From Klebsiella phage KP13-16, in the sequence record OP617741.1: a stretch of DNA of 64,000 nt; one strand, written 5' to 3'. Shown here piece after piece: positions 28,201-35,555 of the stretch. The notes under the pieces were generated by a model. That model saw nothing but the letters and a program-made list of their open reading frames with translations. It did not search any database and had not been told where the DNA came from. Each line of letters begins with the position of its first letter. The stretch's first letter is position 1. A program made the position numbers and the translations under genes.

Positions 28201-28837
28201 TGTTGGTGAGATTGATCCTAATAAGCCTTATACTGTCCTTTATCGTAAGAATGTGACCTTAATTTTTGAAGCACTTGAGATGATTGCAAGAGGTGAGAAA
28301 ATCTTCCTGAATATTGATGTAAGGGACTTTGTCTCTATGCTCGAATCTGCTCTATATCTTCACAATAAACAAATTAAGAAGGTTAAACATGAGCTTATTG
28401 TACCATACGCAACATGGGGAGATTTAGTCAATGAAGCACAATCTGATCCAAGTATGGGTAAACTCGTTAAAATTGTCCAGGAAGGTCGTGCTCAAGAAGT
28501 TATCAACAATTTAAACTTTAGTGAAAAGAGTGAAGCGACTGCTGATGTTATTTTGACAACTAGCCATAAAGCGAAGGGTCTTGAATGGGATCAGGTTGTC
28601 CTTGCAGATGATTTTAAGTCTTGTTATGACAGTAAAGGTAAACTTCAGAAAGTTGACCAAGAAGAAGATAACCTACTTTATGTAGCTTGTACTCGTGCAC
28701 GTAAAGTCCTGAAACCAAACAGTGTTGTTGAAGAAAAATTTCTGTTAAAAGGAATCCCTATCCCTTATAAAATTGCACATTTTGGTGTAGGCGATAGTGA
28801 AAGTATTGACCAATTTTTTGTTACTGAGGAGCAATAA
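25241..28837 (+). CDS. UvrD/Rep-like SF1 DNA helicase precursor containing two inteins
   Basis: Extein motifs: I AGTGK|T(STL), Ia TIHSLA, II VLIDEAQDT, III VGDKHQ|CIYGWRGS, IV LTQSFRF, V TSHKAKGLEWD, VI YVACTRARKVL; the two | positions are interrupted by intein-like inserts. Confidence 0.85.
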   Translation: MKKFSPTKEQKESLNVFEIEQILKISAKAGTGKAQPLTAVVKTPNGDVELGKINIGDSVFRKDGSIGKVTGVFPQDGLQPTYKVTFRDGSSTECNGEHIWSVYGGKYKDKIVNRTLNEMLEKGLYNSLGDMKYKIPMAEPVQYQTKAFDIDPYVLGVLIGDGYLCGTTPAFSVGEKDKEILELVQKIYPNWIYGKHITGKNCIQYSISEPTKGRVNNIKNKIENLGLNVKSSFKFIPNEYLYGDVRQRIQLLRGLMDTDGSCVKNRTSFTSTSKNLILDLKTLVQSLGGTAIETYVDVRSENSCYTLNIKTPMCPFKVKSKASLWTKSSKNPPSRYIKSVEYVGEKEQVCISVDSDDQLYLTDEFIVTHNTSTLKFIAESHPELTFLYVAFNKSMANDAAKKFPDNVHVMTIHSLAYRNIGKHYAHKLTRPTGRYINMAGTGSEIAQHYGIFDMKDHNGAVLTKNYLGLIVKDTVNTFERSDKDKITEFHIPKFHMDDVKRRFALKESKVKKEILSVAKKLWEDRCDKEERILCTHDTYLKLYQMSKPKFETYDCVLIDEAQDTSDVMISLFSNIKPKIVYVGDKHQCVSGETVLETPCGNKLMQDLSIGDEVKSYRNGQQVYRRVLNKTLSNRTEGLSVATRNGNILDMTLNHKIWATSFNLQEKQMIVYLMWRKDLGFRVGITNKIKDSYGNISFGQRTLHERAQKFWILDVVANREEALEKELTYSLQYGIPMCVYEAKSRGLNQDRINNIFKIFGKNGFILLSEKDYSFEYPHWHNINSRSVNRKMLTVHLTAHCVKGSQVSFEWTEEDMPITSTLEDAGIKVTYAKKSGRFRVRKWFSSYIEALEFSNDICDLVPYASITERMAYTSEHKLNLLPAACLFEGMSVLIDDGCGNTVIDEIISITPHKGEYFDIEVEDTANFFGNGILSHNCIYGWRGSVNAMEKISAPEVKLTQSFRFGKDIADVAKLIIDEEVTGLESIKSIVGEIDPNKPYTVLYRKNVTLIFEALEMIARGEKIFLNIDVRDFVSMLESALYLHNKQIKKVKHELIVPYATWGDLVNEAQSDPSMGKLVKIVQEGRAQEVINNLNFSEKSEATADVILTTSHKAKGLEWDQVVLADDFKSCYDSKGKLQKVDQEEDNLLYVACTRARKVLKPNSVVEEKFLLKGIPIPYKIAHFGVGDSESIDQFFVTEEQ
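25340..26350 (+). mobile_element. intein 1 (337 aa) with LAGLIDADG homing endonuclease domain, inserted in helicase P-loop
   Basis: Hint block A-like start AQPLTAVVKTPNG, LGVLIGDGYL and LLRGLMDTDGSC LAGLIDADG motifs, terminal IVTHN followed by Thr+1; begins with Ala not Cys/Ser. Confidence 0.7.
27002..28042 (+). mobile_element. intein 2 (347 aa) inserted in helicase motif III
   Basis: Starts CVSGETVLE (Cys1), block B TLNH, ends FFGNGILSHN followed by Cys+1; removal restores VGDKHQCIYGWRGS. Confidence 0.7.
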
Positions 28838-28839
28838 AA

Positions 28840-29085
28840 ATGCGATTAATTTCCCCATACCCAAGGCCACAAAAGCCAGGTAGAGCCTACTATGAATCTG
28901 TGTATAAAGATTGTGTTATGGTTTATGCAGAAGATTTGGCAATTGGTGATACCCTCCGCTATGGAGGGATTGTTGAAAGTGTAGTCGTTTATAGACAGAC
29001 AGGAAAGGTTCAATTTTCTATAGCAGGAAAATCTAATAATATTGAAATTTCTGTTGGGTCAATGATAAATCTTAAGGTGAATTAA
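28840..29085 (+). CDS. hypothetical protein
   Basis: 81 aa. Confidence 0.45.
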   Translation: MRLISPYPRPQKPGRAYYESVYKDCVMVYAEDLAIGDTLRYGGIVESVVVYRQTGKVQFSIAGKSNNIEISVGSMINLKVN

Positions 29086-29565
29086 ATGAGTAATGAAATA
29101 TTAATTGAAGTGAATAATGAGTTAGTAGCAACTATCGATAAGTGTCGTGAAATTGTCAACTGTCCGAAGGGTATAGATTTGCAGGACCATCTGCGACAGT
29201 TGGCTGCGGAGAATATGGCGCTATCGAAGGATGCTCAGCGTTATCGCTTTATCAGAGAAAGGGACATGTTCGGTTCAGACAATGAATCTGGATTGTTGAG
29301 TTGGGAGGAACTCACCGAGCTTGAGTGCAAAGAATTCGATGATGCACTTGATGCAAGAATTAACCATCCAAATACTGGTTTTATAGAGTTTGACGCCAAG
29401 CTGCAAGCTCGCGAAACCCTCGCCACCGATCGGATCCTAGCCGGGATTAAGGCTGATGGGGTAGAGGAGTTTGCAAAGTACATCTCACTCTATAATAGCG
29501 GTGCTAAACATCATACGATTAATTTTGCAAAACATCTGCGTGAGGGTCTGACAAATGAATTTTAA
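29086..29565 (+). CDS. hypothetical protein (locally GC-rich gene)
   Basis: 159 aa ORF, higher GC than neighbours. Confidence 0.5.
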   Translation: MSNEILIEVNNELVATIDKCREIVNCPKGIDLQDHLRQLAAENMALSKDAQRYRFIRERDMFGSDNESGLLSWEELTELECKEFDDALDARINHPNTGFIEFDAKLQARETLATDRILAGIKADGVEEFAKYISLYNSGAKHHTINFAKHLREGLTNEF

Positions 29566-29902
29566 TTTTAAGTCAGGTACTGGTAAGATTACTATCAATG
29601 GACAGGATTATATTGGTGGTAATATGTATATTAATGGTGATAAAGTTGTGATAGATGGAAAAGTTATCATGGATAGTCTTGTTGGAGACCTAAATATCAC
29701 TATTCATGGAGACGTCGATAAGCTTGAGACGGGTTCAGGAGATGCTACTATTTACGGAAATGTTGAGAGTGCTTCGACCATGAGCGGAGATCTTTTTTGT
29801 GAAACAGTTAAAGGAGATGCAAGCACTATGTCAGGGGATATCAATGCTAAGACAATTCATGGTAAAGCTAAATCAATGTCTGGAGATATTAACTATAAAT
29901 GA
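29555..29902 (+). CDS. repeat protein with reiterated MSGD(I/L) motifs
   Basis: Three TMSGD/SMSGD repeats, Gly/Asp-rich. Confidence 0.45.
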   Translation: MNFNFKSGTGKITINGQDYIGGNMYINGDKVVIDGKVIMDSLVGDLNITIHGDVDKLETGSGDATIYGNVESASTMSGDLFCETVKGDASTMSGDINAKTIHGKAKSMSGDINYK

Positions 29903-30576
29903 ATAAAGTCATCTATTGTATGTATGACGGATCTGGAATAGCAGGATTGCCATGGGCAGAAGCAGGATTTAACGTCTATTGCTTTAATGCCGATGAAGGT
30001 GATCATGGTGAATACTTCATTAAAATGCAACACCCTAATCTTCATTATATTAATATCTGGATTGATAAAGATTTTAGACTAAAAGTAAAAGATATGGGAA
30101 TACCTGATCCTAATTTTATTTTTGCTTTCCCAGACTGTACTAATGTTGCTGTAAGCGGTGCTCAACATGAAAAGACATCTGAACAAAAGAATGATGTAGT
30201 CCGTTCAGCTAAGTATGTAGAGTGGCTAGGTAATTATTATAATTGTCCTTGGATTGTCGAGAATCCTGTTTCTCAATTAGCAACTAAGTGGAGAAAACCA
30301 AATTCATATTTTGACCCGTATGAGTACGGCGGCTATCTCACAGGTGAAGAAGAACAGTTTCATCCAAAAATGCCAAAGTTTGATGCTTATACTAAGAAAA
30401 CATCTCTTTGGTATGGAAATGGCTTTAAAGTTCCACCTAAGAAGCCAGTGCAACACATTGGCTATTGTTGGTCTTGGAGACATCTAGGCGGGAAGGGCAA
30501 GAAAACTAAAATTTTACGTTCTTTAACTCCACGTGGATGGGCGAAGGCTGTTTTTGAAAGTAACTCAGGATTGTGA
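29899..30576 (+). CDS. C5-methyltransferase-fold protein (atypical)
   Basis: Motif I-like YDGSGIAG, motif IV-like FPDCTNVAVSG (PDC not PCQ), motif VI WIVENPV. Confidence 0.35.
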   Translation: MNKVIYCMYDGSGIAGLPWAEAGFNVYCFNADEGDHGEYFIKMQHPNLHYINIWIDKDFRLKVKDMGIPDPNFIFAFPDCTNVAVSGAQHEKTSEQKNDVVRSAKYVEWLGNYYNCPWIVENPVSQLATKWRKPNSYFDPYEYGGYLTGEEEQFHPKMPKFDAYTKKTSLWYGNGFKVPPKKPVQHIGYCWSWRHLGGKGKKTKILRSLTPRGWAKAVFESNSGL

Positions 30577-30736
30577 TATTTTATTGATCAGAGCTTTTAT
30601 ATTTTGACTTAAAAATCTGCACAAGAGAAGGCTTCACCTAAAATCTATGAGAAATTACGGTCTAGCTTTCTTTATATTAGGTGTATATTTAGTTTAAATA
30701 AAGTTTCATGTTAAAAGCATGTTCGATCTAGCATTT

Positions 30737-30765
30737 TTGACATTTCGGATTTTAAAATCCATAAT
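30737..30765 (+). promoter_or_regulatory. strong sigma70-type promoter P1 (TTGACA-17-CATAAT)
   Basis: Seen directly. Confidence 0.5.
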
Positions 30766-30922
30766 TTTTTAGTGAAAAGTCAATTCCATGTTTTTAAAAG
30801 TGACATTTACAATGCAATGCAGTATAGCAAATACAGATTTTTATTCAAAATGTTTAATATTCAAACCGTTTTAAATTTTATGAAAATTTTTTGTGGCAAA
30901 TCGGGAAAAATTTGTAGCATTT

Positions 30923-30951
30923 TGGACATCCCTATTTTCAAAATCCATAAT
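30923..30951 (+). promoter_or_regulatory. strong sigma70-type promoter P2 (TGGACA-17-CATAAT), shares 15-bp AAAATCCATAATTTT with P1
   Basis: Seen directly. Confidence 0.45.
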
Positions 30952-31035
30952 TTTCTGGTTCACATCATACCCATGTTTTTATCCAGGCAGTTTCTTGGGA
31001 ATATCTCTAAGTGAGAATGGTTCTCATTTGAGAAG

Positions 31036-31057
31036 TTGAATGATAATCATTCTCATT
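31036..31057. promoter_or_regulatory. Fur-box-like operator TTGAATGATAATCATTCTCATT
   Basis: Contains AATGATAATCATT, the central 13-mer of the Fur consensus GATAATGATAATCATTATC; 17-mer identical to 38855-38871. Confidence 0.45.
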
Positions 31058-31080
31058 TATAAAACGAAATAAGACTCATT

Positions 31081-31343
31081 CGCATTTGCGGAATGACGGG
31101 CAGGTTCGGTGTTTGTCTCGCGATTCCCGTTACCCCTCGCCATGTAGAAATAATAACATAACCAACACTAGGATCAAGCGTCTTTACATTTCTTTACAAA
31201 ACTATTCAAGGCGAGCTACCGGCGATTCACCTTCCGACCTGGCCCCCGCGCCTGGTACGTTAGCCCCGCCTTTTCGCCGTGGGGTGGCGTGTCCTCTTCT
31301 TTATGGATACATTATGCCCCATTCCCTGGGGCGTGTCAACACA
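31081..31343 (+). ncRNA. candidate structured non-coding RNA (GC-rich, no credible ORF)
   Basis: About 60 percent GC segment downstream of two tandem promoters; only a compositionally implausible ORF. Confidence 0.25.
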
Positions 31344-31553
31344 TTAAACACCATATTTGATAAAATCCCTGGCGGCTTGTGTAGGCTGATATTCTACGCC
31401 GTAAGCGTCATCCACCTGCACAAGAAAACCTTTCTTAATCAAGCCCGTTATTGCCCGGCGAGCTGCTGTATAACTGGTGAAATGTGAATCATTGCTAAAA
31501 GTGAAACCGTGTTTAATAGCTATTTCAAGAGTGAGTTTTTCTGTTTTGGTCAT
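31344..31553 (-). CDS. small putative winged-helix DNA-binding protein
   Basis: 69 aa, RBS GAGGA; flanked by 11-bp direct repeats TGGCGGCTTGT. Confidence 0.45.
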   Translation of the reverse strand: MTKTEKLTLEIAIKHGFTFSNDSHFTSYTAARRAITGLIKKGFLVQVDDAYGVEYQPTQAARDFIKYGV

Positions 31554-31655
31554 TGTCCGATCCTCGTTATGCCTCCACCGTGGCGGCTTGTTAATTACTA
31601 TATACTAATGAAGGGAAAACGCAAGCGAAAAATTTAGAAAAATATTTGCATCCAA

Positions 31656-31685
31656 GTATTGACGGGAAGATCAAGAGGGACTATT
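31656..31685 (+). promoter_or_regulatory. sigma70 promoter TTGACG-17-TATTAT
   Basis: Seen directly, upstream of 31751 ORF. Confidence 0.45.
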
Positions 31686-31750
31686 ATTCACTACACAAGG
31701 CGAGGCGATAGGCGCACCGTGAGAGCAACGATAACCAGGAAGAAAAGAAA

Positions 31751-31972
31751 ATGGCAACATTACACGTAGTAGTTTATAAGCACGCGGTAACGGGCGATGA
31801 TATGATCCAGGTGCTTGTTAATGGCTTTTGTGAAATGGAACGAGAAGGCGATTTCAACGGTTATTGCATTGTGTGTGCTTTCCTTGATTCCCTGGTTGAA
31901 ATGTGTGTTATCACTCATGAGCAGCGCGAAGCGAAGATCAACCGCCTGAAAAAACTTTTAGATATCGAATAA
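31751..31972 (+). CDS. hypothetical protein
   Basis: 73 aa, E. coli-like codon usage. Confidence 0.5.
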   Translation: MATLHVVVYKHAVTGDDMIQVLVNGFCEMEREGDFNGYCIVCAFLDSLVEMCVITHEQREAKINRLKKLLDIE

Positions 31973-31979
31973 AAACCGC

Positions 31980-32038
31980 TTGACAGATTCGCACAGTAAC
32001 GTATAATTCACTTCATAGGCAGCGGGAATGGTTCCCGC
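31980..32038 (+). promoter_or_regulatory. promoter TTGACA-16-TATAAT followed by 5' UTR hairpin GCGGGAATGGTTCCCGC
   Basis: Seen directly. Confidence 0.55.
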
Positions 32039-32061
32039 GCCGATATAAAGAGATTTGAAAA

Positions 32062-32352
32062 ATGAAAATTTCAGAGAACAAAGATTTAATTTTCACCGTT
32101 AAAAATTATATCCGCCACCCGTATGAATTTGGCGGATATCCGAAAATTTTAATTATGCGTGATGGTAGTTGCCTTTGTTCAAAGTGTACGCATGAAAATT
32201 TTCCCCGCCTATTGGAAGAATTAAGAGATGAGAGTGATCTAGCATGGATGCCCGCGGACGTGGATGTTTTCTGGGAAGGTGCGGATTTCCCGTGTGGTAA
32301 TTGCCAGACTCCGATCCATAGTGCATATGGAGATCCCGAAGAAGAAGAATAA
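32062..32352 (+). CDS. hypothetical Zn-ribbon protein
   Basis: CLCSKC ... CGNC. Confidence 0.55.
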   Translation: MKISENKDLIFTVKNYIRHPYEFGGYPKILIMRDGSCLCSKCTHENFPRLLEELRDESDLAWMPADVDVFWEGADFPCGNCQTPIHSAYGDPEEEE

Positions 32353-32354
32353 AT

Positions 32355-32411
32355 ATTGACAAGCATCTAAAAGATAGTAAACTGTTAATCAAAGGGCGGG
32401 AATGGTTCCCG
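32355..32411 (+). promoter_or_regulatory. promoter TTGACA-16-TAAACT followed by identical hairpin GCGGGAATGGTTCCCGC
   Basis: Seen directly. Confidence 0.5.
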
Positions 32412-32431
32412 CCAAAACAAAGAGAGAAAAT

Positions 32432-32593
32432 TATGATTGCTATGAATACCCGCGAAGCCGCTCGCAACGTAGCCCGTAAAGTTAATGCCGTTGCACCTGC
32501 TAAATTGAAAGCACCAGTGAAAGGCGAAAACGGCTGGATCTTCCCTGGCTTGTCTCATGCCGACAACAAAGGCACTTTGAGCCTGAAAAAATA
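32432..32593 (+). CDS. small hypothetical protein (53 aa)
   Basis: Unlisted ORF MIAMNTREAARNV... Confidence 0.4.
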
Positions 32594-32595
32594 AG

Positions 32596-32633
32596 TTGAC
32601 TTTTCGTTATAGCGCCTTATAATGGGCGCTATA
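32596..32633 (+). promoter_or_regulatory. promoter TTGACT-16-TATAAT with -10 embedded in perfect 9-bp inverted repeat TATAGCGCC/GGCGCTATA
   Basis: Seen directly. Confidence 0.55.
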
Positions 32634-32658
32634 GAGAAGAGAAACCAGGAGTAGAAAA

Positions 32659-32802
32659 ATGAAAATGTATAACGTGGTAGTAGTGAACAATAAAACAGGC
32701 GTCAAAGTGATCATGAATGCTTCACCGTTAACCCATTTAGAAGGTTGCACTATGTTAGCTAAACTAACCAAATACACCTGGCGAACAGAAAAATTAGAAG
32801 AA
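32659..32802 (+). CDS. small hypothetical protein (47 aa)
   Basis: RBS AGGAG. Confidence 0.4.
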
Positions 32803-32807
32803 ATTTG

Positions 32808-32846
32808 TTGACTTTCTGTGATGCCTCTTTATAATAAGGGGCATTG
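32808..32846 (+). promoter_or_regulatory. promoter TTGACT-17-TATAAT with -10 inside inverted repeat GATGCCTCTT/AAGGGGCATT
   Basis: Seen directly. Confidence 0.5.
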
Positions 32847-32880
32847 AAGAGAGAAGCCAAACAATCTAACGAGGTGTAAA

Positions 32881-33102
32881 ATGGTTACATTCGCAATTAT
32901 TTCTCTGGTAGCTGGTAACGTGTTTATTAATGACACTTTCCCGGCGGATGATAGCAAACCTGGCGAGATCAGCACAGTTTATGCAGATTGTAAAGCCGCC
33001 GAACGTATGTTATCACCTTGCTTGCTGATGAGTGAACGCGACGACGGGAAGATCGTATTCACGAACGTGGAAACATGGTATCAATTGGTAGTAGAAAAAT
33101 GA
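32881..33102 (+). CDS. hypothetical protein
   Basis: RBS GAGGTG. Confidence 0.5.
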   Translation: MVTFAIISLVAGNVFINDTFPADDSKPGEISTVYADCKAAERMLSPCLLMSERDDGKIVFTNVETWYQLVVEK

Positions 33103-33248
33103 ATCCTAAGCATAAAATGATGATGGAAGCAAGCCGTTTCATCAATAAAACAGAAAAAAGAAAATGTTTTGTTTTATGTCTTACAACGCTTGCAATTGGT
33201 TTAGTGTGTGTTATTATTACTTACACGAACATTGAAGCAGGAAATTAA
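33099..33248 (+). CDS. small membrane protein (49 aa)
   Basis: ATGA-coupled, hydrophobic core. Confidence 0.4.
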   Translation: MNPKHKMMMEASRFINKTEKRKCFVLCLTTLAIGLVCVIITYTNIEAGN

Positions 33249-33250
33249 AA

Positions 33251-33595
33251 ATGGCTAAAAATATTAATAAAGCAGAAAAAAGTTTTGTTAAATTGTCGGA
33301 TGTTGAATGCGTACATATTAATGCACGCCGATGGTTTCAACGTTCATATGGTAATACATACTTTTCTTTAAAAGTAGACGTAGAAGTTAACGGACAGATT
33401 ATTAATATTGTTAATGTGCCTTTTGAGTATGGTTATGGGGATCATTATGATTCTGTAGCTTTAAAAGAATTTAAAGAAGCTGTTATATTAGATGAAAAAT
33501 TGGAGGACTACTGCTATTTATCACGTGCCCTTAAAGAATCTGGTATTTTAGTTTATAATCATTGCTCTGATGTAGACCGTAAAAAAGATTTATAA
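33251..33595 (+). CDS. hypothetical protein
   Basis: 114 aa. Confidence 0.5.
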   Translation: MAKNINKAEKSFVKLSDVECVHINARRWFQRSYGNTYFSLKVDVEVNGQIINIVNVPFEYGYGDHYDSVALKEFKEAVILDEKLEDYCYLSRALKESGILVYNHCSDVDRKKDL

Positions 33596-33600
33596 TTTAT

Positions 33601-33640
33601 TTGACTTTTCGTTATGCCCTGTTAGAATATAGGGCATAGA
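33601..33640 (+). promoter_or_regulatory. promoter TTGACT-16-TAGAAT with -10 inside inverted repeat TTATGCCCTGT/ATAGGGCATAG
   Basis: Seen directly. Confidence 0.5.
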
Positions 33641-33673
33641 GAAAAGAAATAACACTAACCAGGAATATCTAAA

Positions 33674-33874
33674 ATGACTAAATCTACTTTTGACTTTTCA
33701 AAAATGGTTGTTGAATCTACCGAATCCTTGAAAGGATTCAGAAAAGAAAGCGGCTATTATAAATCATTGTCACTTGTTGGTTTACATGATAATCAAATTA
33801 AATCATTTGCCGAGATCCGCCATTATGCAACAAAAGCAACTACGTTTGTTTTTGGATTCATTCCCCTATCTTAG
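33674..33874 (+). CDS. hypothetical protein; downstream -1 frame stays open to 34073 (possible frameshift extension)
   Basis: Frame -1 has no start codon yet is open from 33802 to 34073. Confidence 0.4.
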   Translation: MTKSTFDFSKMVVESTESLKGFRKESGYYKSLSLVGLHDNQIKSFAEIRHYATKATTFVFGFIPLS

Positions 33875-34079
33875 GTTTATATGGTCAAGTAGGCGCAAAG
33901 GCTGGCGGTTATGGTTATAATAGATCTGAAGCAGCTATTTCTCAGGCAGCAAGAAAATTTAATATTGATGTCCCTAGCTGGTGCGATCAGCAAACATTAT
34001 TAGAAGAACTTGCAAAATATTTAGGTTTAGAGGTATATTCTGTAATTGAAACAAATGCTTAAAACTTAAAGGTAGCATT

Positions 34080-34370
34080 ATGTTAAAACAGGCGAAAACT
34101 TATGTATTGAGTAAGTTTATTAAACGGGTATTAAATGACCCAGTTTATAAAACTTACTACTGTTACAAAATACTTGATAACAAAGGTGATTATTTAATTT
34201 CTTCTGTGATGTGCCATGAGCAAGCGATGATCTTTGAAATAGGTTTAAGACAAAAGAAAGTTTTAAACGAAATAATTTCATTTGAAATTATTGCTCAAGG
34301 CGGCGAAGATGAAGTAACAGAAGAAAAATATCATGAAGAAAATTATATTAAACAAACATTGGAAGATTAA
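34080..34370 (+). CDS. hypothetical protein
   Basis: 96 aa. Confidence 0.5.
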   Translation: MLKQAKTYVLSKFIKRVLNDPVYKTYYCYKILDNKGDYLISSVMCHEQAMIFEIGLRQKKVLNEIISFEIIAQGGEDEVTEEKYHEENYIKQTLED

Positions 34371-34372
34371 AG

Positions 34373-34504
34373 ATGCAAAGCAAAAATTTTGAAAAGATTA
34401 AGAGCAGTAAGCAACGTTTAGAATGTAATGAGACAGATGAACGCCGGGAGCGTAGTAATAAACGCAATAAGCCGCAGCGTAAGCGTTTTAATTGGGAAGA
34501 ATAG
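34373..34504 (+). CDS. small basic protein (43 aa)
   Basis: Unlisted ORF. Confidence 0.3.
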   Translation: MQSKNFEKIKSSKQRLECNETDERRERSNKRNKPQRKRFNWEE

Positions 34505-34637
34505 GGAAACCTATTAATAAAGATTAAAGCCTCTTAGAATGGATTTTAGGGGCTTTAAATTTGATTTAAATTTTTCTTGCTTTTTCCATTTTGTTGATCT
34601 ATTCTCTTAATCAGGCAAACAAAGAGAGATTTACAAA

Positions 34638-34898
34638 ATGGAAACATTAAACATTTTAAATGATAGATTCTGTTTTGATTTAATAGGTCTGTTAATTATT
34701 TCACCTGTAACTATTATTTACGCTATCCTAACTTTTAAAGGTCTAACTATGAAACAAAATGTAATGAAGATCCACACTAACACCGGATCTACAATTGTTA
34801 CCCCGTTTCATTTTGCAATGAAAAGCCGTTGCAAACGTCTTAAAAGTGAGTTAAAATCTAACACAAATACAGGTTTTAAACGTTGGGGTAAAATCTAA
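34638..34898 (+). CDS. hypothetical membrane protein
   Basis: RBS AGAGAG. Confidence 0.45.
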   Translation: METLNILNDRFCFDLIGLLIISPVTIIYAILTFKGLTMKQNVMKIHTNTGSTIVTPFHFAMKSRCKRLKSELKSNTNTGFKRWGKI

Positions 34899-35200
34899 TG
34901 AAAGCGAATGATTCTTTTTTCTTCTCAGAATGTAAAGATCATGTTTTAGTTGACATTCAGTCATTTTCTAATACTATGAATTTTAGATTCACTAGTGAAA
35001 GAATAGTTGACAAAGGTCTATTGTTGACTATTACAACAAAGAAAGAAAAAGGTTGTTTTGAATTAAATTATAAGCTTTCACAAGACAATCAATTATTAGC
35101 CCAGGATGGCGGGAAAAATATTCCACCGAAAGATCTATTCTATGTCATTAGTGACATTGTTAATGATGCTTTTTCTTGCGAGATAAGATTAACAGCTTAA
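34898..35200 (+). CDS. hypothetical protein
   Basis: ATGA-coupled. Confidence 0.5.
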   Translation: MKANDSFFFSECKDHVLVDIQSFSNTMNFRFTSERIVDKGLLLTITTKKEKGCFELNYKLSQDNQLLAQDGGKNIPPKDLFYVISDIVNDAFSCEIRLTA

Positions 35201-35555
35201 AAAGAAAGTCAATAGCTTTTCCAATTATTTTTCATTTTTGCGTTATGCAAAAAAGTGAATTTAAAGACTTCTCACACAAGATGATTAAGGGTATGGCAAA
35301 CGGCTAGAACCTCTTAGAATGCGTTTTAGAGCGTTTTACGGGGTATTGACTTTTACCGAAAGGCTCAAAACGTCATATAGTTAGTTTCATCGTGCGATTG
35401 TTGCGGTACGAAATTACATGGCGACCGCTACAAATGGGACAATGCTGGATTAAAATAATGTGCATTATTTACGCCCTGGGGCTTGATCTCCCTGGGGCGT
35501 TTTGCTATCCTTATTTTGTGGCGGCAATGATGCCAACCACTAACGAGGATTTAAC

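Noticed and set aside
30772-31014. 80-aa ORF spanning the second tandem promoter
   Set aside because: It overlaps a strong promoter and operator repeats, has a low-complexity sequence and no RBS.
31086-31487. 133-aa plus-strand ORF over the GC-rich segment
   Set aside because: Implausible amino-acid composition (R/P/C-rich), no RBS, and it runs through the opposite-strand gene; the region is better explained as non-coding RNA or regulatory DNA.
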